Of a stretch of DNA of 64,000 nt, positions 29,206 to 38,782 are shown piece after piece. The position numbers and the translations under genes are program-made. This DNA comes from an uncultured Candidatus Rokubacteria bacterium. Lineage in GTDB: Bacteria > Methylomirabilota > Methylomirabilia > Rokubacteriales > CSP1-6. How positions within the stretch are numbered: the first letter of the stretch is position 1; each line of letters begins with the position of its first letter. The stretch covers positions 35,987-99,986 of the forward strand of contig CAWKCA010000043.1 of NCBI GenBank assembly GCA_963848005.1, written 5' to 3'. The notes under the pieces are model-generated. The model searched no databases. It worked only from the letters and a program-made list of their open reading frames with translations, and was not told the DNA's origin.

Positions 29206-29506
29206 GGATGTGAGCGTATCGTAACATCCTCGTGAGCGCGGGCCGGGCCCTGGAGGGGTGTGGACTGATGATGAGGCGCGCGATCCTGCAACGCCTTCTC
29301 GGCTTGGGTGCGCTGGCACTGCGGGACCAACGCGACGCTCAACCGCAATGTCTACATGGTGACGCATCATCTCCGTCTGTACGCGGACCCGGGGATGCCC
29401 GTGGTGGTCGAGACGCCGGACGCACTCGGGTCGTTCACGATCTCCGGTTATCTCGTGAAGTTGCCATAGCCTCCATCCAGAGGAACGACGGCCGCCGATC
29501 GGAGGC

Positions 29507-30841
29507 CTACGCGGCGTTTGCGCTCGAGGGCGGCGGGGGAAGAGCGGTCCGGAGCACCAGGTATCCGCAGACCCCCGCGGTCGCCGACGCGACGAGGATG
29601 CCGAGCTTGGCGGCGTCGAGCAACGCCTCGGCGTCGAAGGCGAGCTCGCTCACGAAGAGGGACATGGTGAATCCCACCCCGCCCAGCAACGCCACCCCTG
29701 CGATCTGGAGGCCCGTCACGCCCTCGGGGAGGCTTGTGTAGCCGCTGCGCACGGCGAGCCAGCTCGAGAGCCCGATGCCGAGGAGCTTGCCGAGCACCAG
29801 GCCGACGATGACGCCGAGGGTGACCGGCTCCACGAGGGCATCCCGTCCACGCCCGGTGAGGTCGACCCCGGCGTTGAAGAATGCGAACAGGGGCAGGATG
29901 AGGAACGCCTGGATGGGATGGAAGAAGCGCTCGAGGGTGAGGCCCGGGGGCCGCATGTCCGTGGCCGCGTCGTCGAGCGTCACGAGGGCATCGAGCTGGG
30001 CTTCATCGGCGAGGACGCTGTCCCGGGTAAGTCCCGCGGTGCGCAGCGCTTCGAGCGTGGCGGAGACCGTGCCGAGGAACGCGACCGGGGCCAGGCGGGG
30101 CCGCACGGGCACGACCATGGCGACGAGGATCCCGGCCACCGTGGCGTGCACGCCGGAGGCAAAGACCGATACCCACACGCCCAGGATGGGGAGGGCGTAC
30201 AGCACGGGCCGGCGAAGCCCGGACCGGACGGCCAGGGCCACGAGGAGCAGGAAGAAGAGGGCGGCGCCGAGGGCGTCCCAGCGGATCTGTTCCGTGTAGA
30301 AGAGGGCGATGACCAGCACGGCTCCGAGGTCATCGGCGATGGCGAGCGCGGTGAGAAACACCTTCAGCCCGGTCGGGACGCGCGAGCCCAGCAGAGCCAG
30401 GATGCCGAGGGCAAAGGCGATGTCCGTGGCCATCGGCACTCCCCACCCCCGCGCGCCAGGGCCGCCGGTATTGAACGAGAGATAGATCGCGGCGGGGACG
30501 ACCATCCCCCCCAAGGCGGCGGCGACGGGGAGGGCGGCCTGGCGAACGGAGGAGAGATGCCCCACGCTCAACTCGCGCTTGATCTCCAGACCCACGACGA
30601 AGAAGAAGGCCACCATGAGCCCGTCGTTGATCCAGTGCTGCAGCGACAGGGCAAACGTGAAGGTCCCGAAGACCAGCGCGAGCTTGGTATGGACCAGCGC
30701 GAAATACGCCGCGGCCCACGGCGAGTTTGCCCAGACCAGGGCGACCACCGTGCAGGCCAGAAGGACGACGCCGCCCGTGACCTCCGAGTGGACGAACCAG
30801 TCGAGGACGGTGCTGCGCGAGGCGCGGGTCGTATCGCCCAT
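29507..30841 (-). CDS. nhaA: Na+/H+ antiporter NhaA
   Basis: HWINDGLMVAFFFVVGLEIKRE, GWGVPMATDIAFALG and LTALAIADDLGAVLVIALFY are NhaA signature segments. ATG 30841 lies within ORF 29507-30853. Confidence 0.9.
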   Translation of the reverse strand: MGDTTRASRSTVLDWFVHSEVTGGVVLLACTVVALVWANSPWAAAYFALVHTKLALVFGTFTFALSLQHWINDGLMVAFFFVVGLEIKRELSVGHLSSVRQAALPVAAALGGMVVPAAIYLSFNTGGPGARGWGVPMATDIAFALGILALLGSRVPTGLKVFLTALAIADDLGAVLVIALFYTEQIRWDALGAALFFLLLVALAVRSGLRRPVLYALPILGVWVSVFASGVHATVAGILVAMVVPVRPRLAPVAFLGTVSATLEALRTAGLTRDSVLADEAQLDALVTLDDAATDMRPPGLTLERFFHPIQAFLILPLFAFFNAGVDLTGRGRDALVEPVTLGVIVGLVLGKLLGIGLSSWLAVRSGYTSLPEGVTGLQIAGVALLGGVGFTMSLFVSELAFDAEALLDAAKLGILVASATAGVCGYLVLRTALPPPPSSANAA

Positions 30842-30968
30842 GCCGTTCAACAACGCCCGCGTTCACCGGTTGCCCTCCGGTGCCCGTCCCGCGCTCGGCG
30901 GCCAGATCCGGGACATCATATCCGGCGGGCCGTCGAGGGCGCTCGATGAGTGGCCGCGACACCGACGG

Positions 30969-30974
30969 TATAAT
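30969..30974 (+). promoter_or_regulatory. perfect TATAAT -10 box 8 nt upstream of the CoA-transferase ATG (possible leaderless transcript)
   Basis: GGTATAATGCGCGCCCATG. A perfect hexamer is rare at this GC content. No Shine-Dalgarno sequence between the box and the ATG. Confidence 0.25.
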
Positions 30975-30982
30975 GCGCGCCC

Positions 30983-32248
30983 ATGGCCCGCGCCTTCGTC
31001 AGGTGCTCGCTGAGCGAGGCCGTGGGGCGCCTCGTTCCGGGCATGCGCGTGCTCGTGCCGCCGGGCTGCGGAGAGCCGGTGTCCCTCGTCGGGGAGATCT
31101 GCCGGCAGTCCGACCGCTTGGCTGGACTCACCCTGATGGGTGGCCTTCACCTCGGCGACTATCCTTTCGTGCGTGCCGAGCATCCGTTGCGTTTCGTCAC
31201 CTGGCACATGTCGCCGCGGCTCGAGGAGGCGCGCCGCCAAGGGCGTGTGGAGTTCGTGCCGCTGCGCTACTTCGACTTGGTGACGCAATTCGCGAGCGGC
31301 GGGCACTGGGCCCCCGACGGTGTGCTCGTGCACACCTCACCCCCCGACGCGAGGGGCTACCTGAGCCTCGGCGTGTCCACCGGCCTCACTCTTCCCGCGG
31401 CGCGCGAGGCGCCTTTCGTGATCGCCCAGGTGAATCCGAACATGCCCCGCACGCGCGGCAACGCCTTCCTGCACCGGAGCCAGATCGACGCGTGGGTCGA
31501 GGTGGACGAGCCGCTCGTGCCGTATCCGCCCACCTTGGTGGGCGAGGTCGAGCGCGCAATAGGCCAGCACGTCGCCGCGCTCGTTCCCGACGGGGGCACC
31601 GTGCAGGTGGGGATTGGTGCCATCCCGCAGGCGGTCCTGGAAGCGCTTGCCGATCATCGCGATCTCGCCGTGCACTCCCTCCTCGTGGACTCCGTGGTGG
31701 CCCTCGTGGAGCGCGGGGTGGTCACGGGCGCGCGCAAGTCGTTCCACCGCGGCCGCATGGATATCGCGGAGGCCATGGGCACGCGCCGGCTCTTCGAGTT
31801 CATCCACGACAACCGCGCCGTCAACATGGACTCCTCGGCCTTCGTGCACGATCCGGACATCGTGGCGCGTCTCGATCGCTTCGTGTCCATCAACTCCGCG
31901 CTCGAGATCGACCTGACCGGGCAGGTCAACGCGGAGAGTCTGGGGCCGCGGCAAGTCGCGGGCATCGGCGGCCAGTTCGACTTCGTGTTGGGCGCGTCCC
32001 GTTCCCGCGGCGGGGCGAGCGTCATCGCCTTGCCGTCGACGGGACGCGAGGGGGCGGTCTCCCGCATCGTGGCGCGCCTGGCCCCCGGGTCGGCGGTGAC
32101 CACGCCGCGCTACGTGGCCGACGCGGTGGTGACGGAGCACGGGACGGCGCGGCTGAAGGGGCGGGGAGAGCGGGAGCGGGCGGCGGCGTTGATCGCCGTC
32201 GCCCATCCCAGCTTCCGGGGGGACCTCGAGCGAAGCCTTACGACTTAG
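30983..32248 (+). CDS. acetyl-CoA hydrolase/transferase family protein (4-hydroxybutyrate CoA-transferase-like)
   Basis: Intact 421 aa. VQVGIGAIPQAVL, NSALEIDLTGQVNAES and GIGGQFDF motifs of the family. Confidence 0.85.
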   Translation: MARAFVRCSLSEAVGRLVPGMRVLVPPGCGEPVSLVGEICRQSDRLAGLTLMGGLHLGDYPFVRAEHPLRFVTWHMSPRLEEARRQGRVEFVPLRYFDLVTQFASGGHWAPDGVLVHTSPPDARGYLSLGVSTGLTLPAAREAPFVIAQVNPNMPRTRGNAFLHRSQIDAWVEVDEPLVPYPPTLVGEVERAIGQHVAALVPDGGTVQVGIGAIPQAVLEALADHRDLAVHSLLVDSVVALVERGVVTGARKSFHRGRMDIAEAMGTRRLFEFIHDNRAVNMDSSAFVHDPDIVARLDRFVSINSALEIDLTGQVNAESLGPRQVAGIGGQFDFVLGASRSRGGASVIALPSTGREGAVSRIVARLAPGSAVTTPRYVADAVVTEHGTARLKGRGERERAAALIAVAHPSFRGDLERSLTT

Positions 32249-32465
32249 CGGCGTCGATCTGCTCGAAGATCTCCTCGTCGGTCGGGAAGCGGTACGTCGT
32301 CTGATTGGAGTAGACGCTCTTCCCGTCGATGAAGACCTCGAAGATCCCGCCCGCGCCCATTTTGAGGGTGGCGGTCATGCCGTAGCGACTCTTGATGGCG
32401 GCCTGCAAACTGGAGGCCTGTGGGAGATAGTTTCACTCGGCGCAGTACAGGATCTCGATGTCCAT
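32238..32465 (-). CDS. SelW/SelT/SelH (Rdx) family selenoprotein, in-frame UGA (Sec) at codon 11
   Basis: MDIEILYCAE-U-NYLPQASSLQAAIKSRYGMTATLKMGAGGIFEVFIDGKSVYSNQTTYRFPTDEEIFEQIDAAKS. The C-x-x-U redox motif is at the expected position. The frame is continuous through TGA 32433-32435. RBS GGGGGAG lies 5 nt before ATG 32465. A stem-loop follows the UGA. Confidence 0.8.
32400..32418 (-). promoter_or_regulatory. putative SECIS-like stem-loop downstream of the UGA codon
   Basis: On the mRNA, GGCCU-CCAGUUUGC-AGGCC starts 14 nt after the UGA. The apical loop contains GUU. Confidence 0.4.
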
Positions 32466-32537
32466 GCGTCTCCCCCTTGAGATTTTGCGTATGCTACCAC
32501 GCACACTTACGATGGCAGGAAAACAGGAGGGGATTCC

Positions 32538-33470
32538 CTGACGCGCGCGCGACCGGTCGTCATCGACACCGACCCCGGGGTGGACGACGCGCTGGCCCTC
32601 CTCCTGGCCTGGGCATCGCCGGAGATCGCGGTCCACGCCCTCACCACGGTGGCCGGCAACGTGCCGTTGGAGATGGCCACCGCCAACGCGTGCCGGCTGG
32701 TCGAGCTGTGTCGCCCCTCGCCCGTTCCGCTGATCGCCGCGGGCGCCGCGGGACCGCTGGCGCGCCCGCTCGTCACCGCCACGCACTATCACGGGGACGA
32801 CGGGCTGGGCGACGTCGCTGACTGGCCCGTCGCGACCGTGGAGCTCGCGCCGGCGAGCGCGAGCGAGGTCATCGTGCAGGCGGCGCGCCGGCTCGGGCGC
32901 GACCTCACGCTCATCGCCCTCGGTCCGCTCACGAACGTGGCGCACGCTCTCGACACGGACGCCGCCGCGCTCGCCCAGGTGGGCCGCCTGGTGGTGATGG
33001 GCGGCGCCGTCGACGTGCCCGGTAACGTCACGCCGACGGCGGAGTTCAACCTGCACGTCGATCCCGAGGCGGCGGCGCGCGTGTTTGCCGCGGGCCTGCC
33101 CGTCGACCTCGTGCCGCTCGACGCCACGCACCAGGTCGTCCTCCCTCGGACGCGGTTGCGGCAGGCGCTGGCCACCGCTCCCCGCACGCTGGCCCACCGC
33201 GTGGCGGCCTTCACCGCGCGCTCGTTCGCGGCGGATGCCGCCCGGGGCCGCGCGGGGATGGTGCTGCACGATCCGCTCGCCGTGGGCGCGGCCGTCGGTG
33301 ACTTCGTCGAGTGGGAGCCCATGCGCCTGACCGTCGATCCGGATGGCACGACCCGACGCGTTCCCGGCTCCCCCAACTGCCGCGTGGCCACCCGCGTCCA
33401 CGCCGAGACGTTCCTCTCTGTTTTCCTCGAGCGTGTGCCCGCCCATCGCGCTGGGGCCGCACCACCGTGA
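32538..33470 (+). CDS. nucleoside hydrolase (inosine-uridine preferring, IUNH family); start unresolved
   Basis: VVIDTDPGVDDALAL is the N-terminal aspartate cluster of the IUNH family. Also TTVAGN, MGGA and HDPLAV. Only CTG 32538 (7 nt after GGAGG) keeps the motif in frame. GTG 32580, the ORF-track start, would cut it. Confidence 0.8.
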   Translation: MTRARPVVIDTDPGVDDALALLLAWASPEIAVHALTTVAGNVPLEMATANACRLVELCRPSPVPLIAAGAAGPLARPLVTATHYHGDDGLGDVADWPVATVELAPASASEVIVQAARRLGRDLTLIALGPLTNVAHALDTDAAALAQVGRLVVMGGAVDVPGNVTPTAEFNLHVDPEAAARVFAAGLPVDLVPLDATHQVVLPRTRLRQALATAPRTLAHRVAAFTARSFAADAARGRAGMVLHDPLAVGAAVGDFVEWEPMRLTVDPDGTTRRVPGSPNCRVATRVHAETFLSVFLERVPAHRAGAAPP

Positions 33471-33594
33471 ATTCTGGGCGACTCCGGTGGCCTTCCCAGG
33501 CTGCCCGGAGAGTGTTTCGAGCGAGGACGTCGGCGGAATCATCCACAGCGACGGGCCCCGGCCCCGCTCAGATCGTCCGACGAATGACCGAACG

Positions 33595-34719
33595 CTAGCG
33601 GCCGAGCGTGGTGGCGCGCGCGCGCAGCGCCTCGACGCGCTGGATCGCCGCCCTCACCTGCTTCGCGTCGAGGCTTCCCTTGCCGAGGGCGCTGCGGAGA
33701 GCCTCCCGCGCAGTCTGCGCGGCCGACCGGCCGTCGGGCAGGCGGTCGTCGGCGATCAGCAGGACGTCGACCTCGGCGCGGATGGCCATGACCGACGCGT
33801 CGGCCAGGCCCCAGTGCTTCTCGATCGCGCCCATCCGGAGGTCGTCGCTCACCACGACACCCGTGAAGCGCAGGGCCTTGCGCAGGAGGCCATGGATGGT
33901 GGAGCGGGAGAGCGTGGCGGGGTAGCGGGCATCGAGCCGGCGATTGAGGACGTGCCCGGTCATGATGCTGTCGGCCAGGCCCTCGGCGATGAGCGTGCGG
34001 TACGGCAGCAGCTCCACGTCGCGATTGGCCGTGTCGGTGACGTCCACGAAGCCCAGGTGCGAATCGGTGAAGCTCGAGCCGTGCCCGGGGAAGTGCTTGA
34101 GCGCCGTGAGCACACCCTCTGCGTGCATGCCGCGGATGTAGGCGCGGGCGTGGCTCGTCACCAGGGCCGGGCCGGCCCCGAAGCTGCGCGCGTTCCGCAC
34201 GATCACAGGGTTGGCGGGGTTGTAGCCGACGTCGACCACGGGGGCCAAGTTCCAGCCGATACCGGCTTCGCTGAGCATGCGGGCGATGCGGCGGGCCTCG
34301 AGTTCGGTGATCGCGAGGTCGTTGCTCTCGCCGAGATCCTGGTGCGAGAGCGTCGGCGTGTACCCGGCGTTCGGACCCAGGCGCATGACCTGGCCGCCCT
34401 CGGCGTCGGTGGCGATGAGGAGGGAGCGCCCGGTGCAGGCTCGACTGGCCTCACGGGCCTCGCGGGTGAGCCGGGCCACCTGCTCCGCGTCGACGATGTT
34501 CCGCGCGAAGAGGATGATGCCCCCGACGCGCGTCACGCACAGCAGCTCCTCCAGCTCACGATTGCCGGAGACCTCGGTGCCCCAGAAGCCCACGAGGAGG
34601 AGGGCGCCGACGTCCAGCGGGGCGGCGGGACGTGGGGTGCGCGGTCCCGAGAAGGCGGCCGGAGAGGTGATGGCGAGCAGCGCGAGGGCGAGCAGACCGG
34701 CGCGTGCCGACCTCCTCAC
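33595..34719 (-). CDS. nagZ: glycoside hydrolase family 3 beta-N-acetylhexosaminidase (NagZ-like), secreted
   Basis: Signal peptide, then GGIILFARN, ATDAEGG, KHFPGHG and VVSDDL motifs. Confidence 0.85.
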   Translation of the reverse strand: MRRSARAGLLALALLAITSPAAFSGPRTPRPAAPLDVGALLLVGFWGTEVSGNRELEELLCVTRVGGIILFARNIVDAEQVARLTREAREASRACTGRSLLIATDAEGGQVMRLGPNAGYTPTLSHQDLGESNDLAITELEARRIARMLSEAGIGWNLAPVVDVGYNPANPVIVRNARSFGAGPALVTSHARAYIRGMHAEGVLTALKHFPGHGSSFTDSHLGFVDVTDTANRDVELLPYRTLIAEGLADSIMTGHVLNRRLDARYPATLSRSTIHGLLRKALRFTGVVVSDDLRMGAIEKHWGLADASVMAIRAEVDVLLIADDRLPDGRSAAQTAREALRSALGKGSLDAKQVRAAIQRVEALRARATTLGR

Positions 34720-34725
34720 AGGCGC

Positions 34726-35505
34726 TCAGCGACGCGCGGCGTCCACGAGCTGGCGCACGCGAGCCGGATCCACCGGGTTGCCCACGCGGCCCTCGCGCTT
34801 GAGCCACGTTCCCACGATCACGCCGTGCGCCACGGACAGCAGCTCGGCCACCGACTCGGCGGTGACCCCGCTGCCCACCAGCACCGGCGTCTCCGGCACC
34901 GCGTCGCGCACGCGCTTGACGTCGGCGAGCGCGGCGGCCTGACCCGTCGCTCGGCCGGTCACGATGAGCGCGTCGGCGAGGGCGCGCTGCACGAGATCGC
35001 GGGCCTCCTGCTCGACCTCGACAGGAGCGAGCGGCGCCGCGTGCTTGGTCTGCACGTCGGCGAAGATGGCCACCTCCGCCCCGAGCAGACGGCGCTCTCG
35101 GAGCGTGGCATAGGCGTCGCCCTGGAGGAGCCCCTGGTCGGCGACCACGGCGCCCGCGTGGACGTTGGCGCGGATGAAGGCGGCGCCGGTGGCGCAGGCC
35201 ACGGCGAGCGCGGAGCGCGCATCGTTGCGCAGCACGTTGACGCCGAGGGGTGTGGCGGGAAGCGCGGCGTGAACTGCTGCCGCCACCACGCTGAGCGCCG
35301 CCACCGTGGAGGCCTCCGCGTGGGCGGGTGCGAAGGGAGCGTCGCCGAAGTTCTCCACGAGGAGCGCGTCGATACCTCCCTCCACGAGGGCGTGCGCGTC
35401 GGCGAGGGCGCGGTCGATCACCTGCGTCATCGAGCCTTGCCAGCGCGGGCTTCCGGGAAGCGGCCCCAGGTGCACCATGCCGATCAGCGTGCGTGACACT
35501 CGCAT
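34726..35505 (-). CDS. BtpA/SgcQ-family protein
   Basis: LIGMVHLGPLPGSPR...GGIDALLVENFGDAPF...GVNVLRND is the BtpA family pattern. ATG 35505 lies within ORF 34726-35622. Confidence 0.75.
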   Translation of the reverse strand: MRVSRTLIGMVHLGPLPGSPRWQGSMTQVIDRALADAHALVEGGIDALLVENFGDAPFAPAHAEASTVAALSVVAAAVHAALPATPLGVNVLRNDARSALAVACATGAAFIRANVHAGAVVADQGLLQGDAYATLRERRLLGAEVAIFADVQTKHAAPLAPVEVEQEARDLVQRALADALIVTGRATGQAAALADVKRVRDAVPETPVLVGSGVTAESVAELLSVAHGVIVGTWLKREGRVGNPVDPARVRQLVDAARR

Positions 35506-35590
35506 GGTCGGCCCAAAGTGTAACACCCGGGTGTGGGCGCCATACCGGAGCGCGGTCAACGATGACGGGCCGTGGACGCTTCGGGTGGCG

Positions 35591-35618
35591 CGCCCTCCCG
35601 ACCAGGGGCGGGAGGGCG
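35591..35618 (-). terminator. 10-bp perfect stem-loop downstream of gspD (possible operon terminator, no U-tract)
   Basis: CGCCCTCCCG-accagggg-CGGGAGGGCG, 45 nt beyond the gspD stop. Confidence 0.3.
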
Positions 35619-35662
35619 GCAACTGGGCGCGCCGCCGCAGGGCTGCGCCCGTTGGTGCGCGA

Positions 35663-38087
35663 TCAAGGTTGGGGCGGCGTCGGCGGTGGAGCCGGTGCGG
35701 ACGGCGGAACGGAGATGTTCGGCTGCCGGGGCGACTTCTTGAGGGCTTCCTCGACGCCGGGCGTCGTCCGCCGCAACTCGTCCGTGATCCTGGCGGCGTC
35801 GAGGGCTGTCCCTATCACGCGCGGGGTGATCAGGATCAGCAGCTCCGTCTTCTCCACGGTCTCGCTCTTGAACCCGAAGAGATAGCCGAGGATCGGGATG
35901 TTCTTGAGCACCGGGATGCCTCGATCGACGGTGGTGCGCTTGTCGCGGATCAAGCCGCCGAGGACCAGCGTTTGCGTGTTGAGCAGCACCACCGAGGTCT
36001 CGGCCTCCCGCTTGATGATCGCGAGCGAGTTGGTCGGGGGCACCGGCTCGCCGACGTCGTTGACCTCCTGCTTGACGTCGAGCGCGACCGTGCCCCGCTC
36101 GCCGATGCGCGGGGTGACGGTCAGGACCACGCCGGTGTCGCGGTACTCCACGGACTGGGTGCCGACGATGGCGGCCTGGCCCGCCGTCGTCCCCGTGCCG
36201 AAGGGGATCTGCTGGCTCGTGATGATCGGAATGGACGTGGAGACGTTGATGACCGCCTTCTTGTTCTCCGACGTGAGGATGTGCGGGTTCGAGACGACGT
36301 TGATTCGATTGTCCGCGGCCAGGGCGGTGAGCATGACGAAGAACTCGTTGGCCGAGAAGGCGAGGGCGGTCAGCCCTCCGGCCGGGAGGACCAGCGGGAT
36401 GCCGAAGCCTGGAAAGGGCGGGCTAGGGGGGCCGACGTGTGGGGTCGGGGGGGATGTTCGACGACGCGATGGTGAACTTGCCGGTCCGGATGGCCCAGTC
36501 CACGCCGAGCCTGGTGTCGTCGGTGAGCCGCACCTCGGTGACCAGGACCTCGATGAGCACCTGCCGGGGCATGCGGTCGAGCTGCCTGATCGTCTCCTGG
36601 ATCTCTTCCCAGGCCCGCTGATACGTGGTGACGATGACGGCATTCGTAGTCTCGTCGGAGATGAAGCGAACCTGGCCCTCGAGGACGCCGCCTTCGGCGA
36701 CCATGCCGGTGCCGACCACTGGCGGGCCCGCGGGGACCGAACTCGGCGGTGGGCTGCCGGGGGGTGACAGTCTGGACCCGCCATAGGGAGGGGTCGATGG
36801 ACCTGACGGTCCGCTGGTCGGAGACGTCGTGGGACCGGGCGTTGAGGACGTCTGCTGGGGCGACCCGTAGATGGAGTTCAGCGTCGCCGCCAGGTCCCGA
36901 GACTTCGCGTTCTCGGCGTAATAGATGAAGACCCGCCGTCCGCTGTAGATGTTCTGGTCGAGTTGCTCGATGAGCCGCTTGATCGTCTCGATATCTCGCT
37001 TGCGGGCGTGGATGACCAGCGAGTTGGAGCGGCGCTCGGCGATGATGAACGGCGCACGCTCCGCCCCGGACGTCTCGGCGGTGGCTGGTCCAGGCGGCCT
37101 TGGTACCGCGGGCGCCCCGGGAGGCGCGGCCGGCGGCGGAGGCACGGGGGCGGGCCCCGGAGCGCCGGGGGTTCCCACGGCCCGGACCCGGCCGCTCTGG
37201 TAGAGCTGATTCAGGATGGTGGCCAGATCGTTGGCGTCCGCGAAGCGGATGGGAATGATCTGCAGTTCCTCGAGGGCGACCTCCACGTCGACGAGCCGGA
37301 CGATGTCCAGCAGCCGCCGAACATTCGCCGCCGTGTCGGTCACGATGAGGATGTTGGTCTCCCGATGCGCGGCGAGCGATCCACGCGCCGAGATCATGGG
37401 CCGCAGCAAGGTGGTGAGATCGGCGGCGGACGCGTAGCGGACGGCCACGATCTGCGTGATCACCTCGTCGGCGGGGCGACTGGCGTCCACGCTCGAGCCG
37501 ATGATGGTGGGAACCGCCCGCTCGCGCGCCCCTTCGATCTTGATGATCTTGTAGAGATTGCCCGTCTGGATGGCGGTGAAGCCGTGGACCTCCAAGATGG
37601 CGAGCAGGACGCCGAAGACGTCTTCTTGCGGGATCCGACCGGCGGTCTGCACCGTGACCTTGCCCCGCACGTCGGGAGCGAGCACGTAGTTGAACCCCAC
37701 GATCTCGCTGGCCGCCTGGATGACCGTCTCGATATCCGCGTTGTCGAAGTTGAGGACGATGTTCCTTCCGCGCGCTTGCCGGAGGAGTCGGCGGGCCGTG
37801 GGCGGCGGGGGTGGCGGCGGCGGGGGTGGCGGCGTGACTGGGGGCGGCGTCGGCGGCGCCTGGACCTCCGGAGGAGCGGCGGACTCGGGCGGGCGAGGCC
37901 CGATCGAGACCGGCGGCGGGGGCAAGGACGGGGTCGGCGGCTTGGGGGTCGGGGGCTCTGCCGAGACGGACACGGAGATCTTGGTCGGAGGCTCCACGGG
38001 CTTGGGCGGGGAGGTGGCGCATCCCGCCAGCACGCTGGCCAGGGTGAGCATGGCGACGGCGGATCGAGCGCTACTGTTGCGGCGCAT
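35663..38087 (-). CDS. gspD: type II secretion system secretin GspD, lipoprotein-type signal and Pro-rich linker (one frameshift near 36440)
   Basis: MRRNSSARSAVAMLTLASVLAGC is a lipobox. About 100 aa are Pro-rich, including a 12-proline run. N0-N3 domains follow (IVLNFDNADIETVIQAASEIVGFNYV...). The secretin domain (VVSNPHILTSENKKAVINV...IPVLKNIPILGYLF) is in ORF 35663-36784. The shift lies in C-runs at 36440-36470. Confidence 0.85.
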
Positions 38088-38191
38088 TGGTCGTCCCCGA
38101 CTGGGGAAGGCGACGAAGAAGGCTCGGCGGCAGAGCGCGACGCGAGCCCGCGGGAGACTCGGCGGTCGGCGGTGCCGTCCCGCCCGGCGGA

Positions 38192-38231
38192 GCGGGCTGG
38201 GTCCCCGGCGGGCGGGCTGGGTCCCCGGCGG
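38192..38231. repeat. perfect 20-bp tandem duplication between gspC and gspD
   Basis: GCGGGCTGGGTCCCCGGCGG occurs twice (38192-38211 and 38212-38231). Confidence 0.75.
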
Positions 38232-38242
38232 GGTCACGGGAG

Positions 38243-38782
38243 TCACAACCGCCCGGGCCCGCCGGCCGGGGTGCCCGCGGCGGGTGGTGCGGCCGGGCGA
38301 GGTCTCGAGGGATCGTGCAGGCGGACGTCGACGTTCCCGTCCGGCCTGACCAGGACGACGCGGTCGTTCGAGATGGTCTGCACCGTCCCTCCGGCGATCG
38401 AGTCGCCTTCCCGGTAGCCCGCGACCCTCTTGGTGACGGGATCCTCCAGGTAGGCGATCGATGCGCCCTCGCGCACGACGACGCCGTAGAGATTCGGCTT
38501 TGGCAAGATCACCACGGGCGCGACCGGCGCGGGGGGTGCTTCGCTTCGCGTCGGGCTGAAAAGGTTGCGGGTGGCAATGCTCGCATACGCGGGGACCGCG
38601 GGGGATGATTCCCCAGCGGGTGGGCTCGCCGTCGGGTTCGCGGCCAGCGGACGGGGTCGCGCCGGATCCGGGGCGGGCCACGGGGTCCGCGCGGTGCGGA
38701 CCATGAGCACCACGAAGAGGGCACACGCGGCGAGGAGCACGAGGTTGACCGCGAGGAGCGCCCTGGGCACGGGGCTAGGCAC
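38243..38782 (-). CDS. gspC: GspC/PilP-like T2SS inner-membrane component (TM + HR-type beta domain, no PDZ)
   Basis: TM LLAVNLVLLAACALFVVLMV, a Pro-rich spacer, then LYGVVVREGASIAYLEDPVTKRVAGYREGDSIAGGTVQTISNDRVVL, a secretin-interacting HR/PilP-like fold pattern. GTG start overlaps the gspM end by 8 nt. Confidence 0.6.
   Translation of the reverse strand: MPSPVPRALLAVNLVLLAACALFVVLMVRTARTPWPAPDPARPRPLAANPTASPPAGESSPAVPAYASIATRNLFSPTRSEAPPAPVAPVVILPKPNLYGVVVREGASIAYLEDPVTKRVAGYREGDSIAGGTVQTISNDRVVLVRPDGNVDVRLHDPSRPRPAAPPAAGTPAGGPGRL

Noticed and set aside
33343-35496. 717-aa plus-strand ORF across nagZ and btpA
   Set aside because: It is antisense to two well-supported genes and has low-complexity composition.
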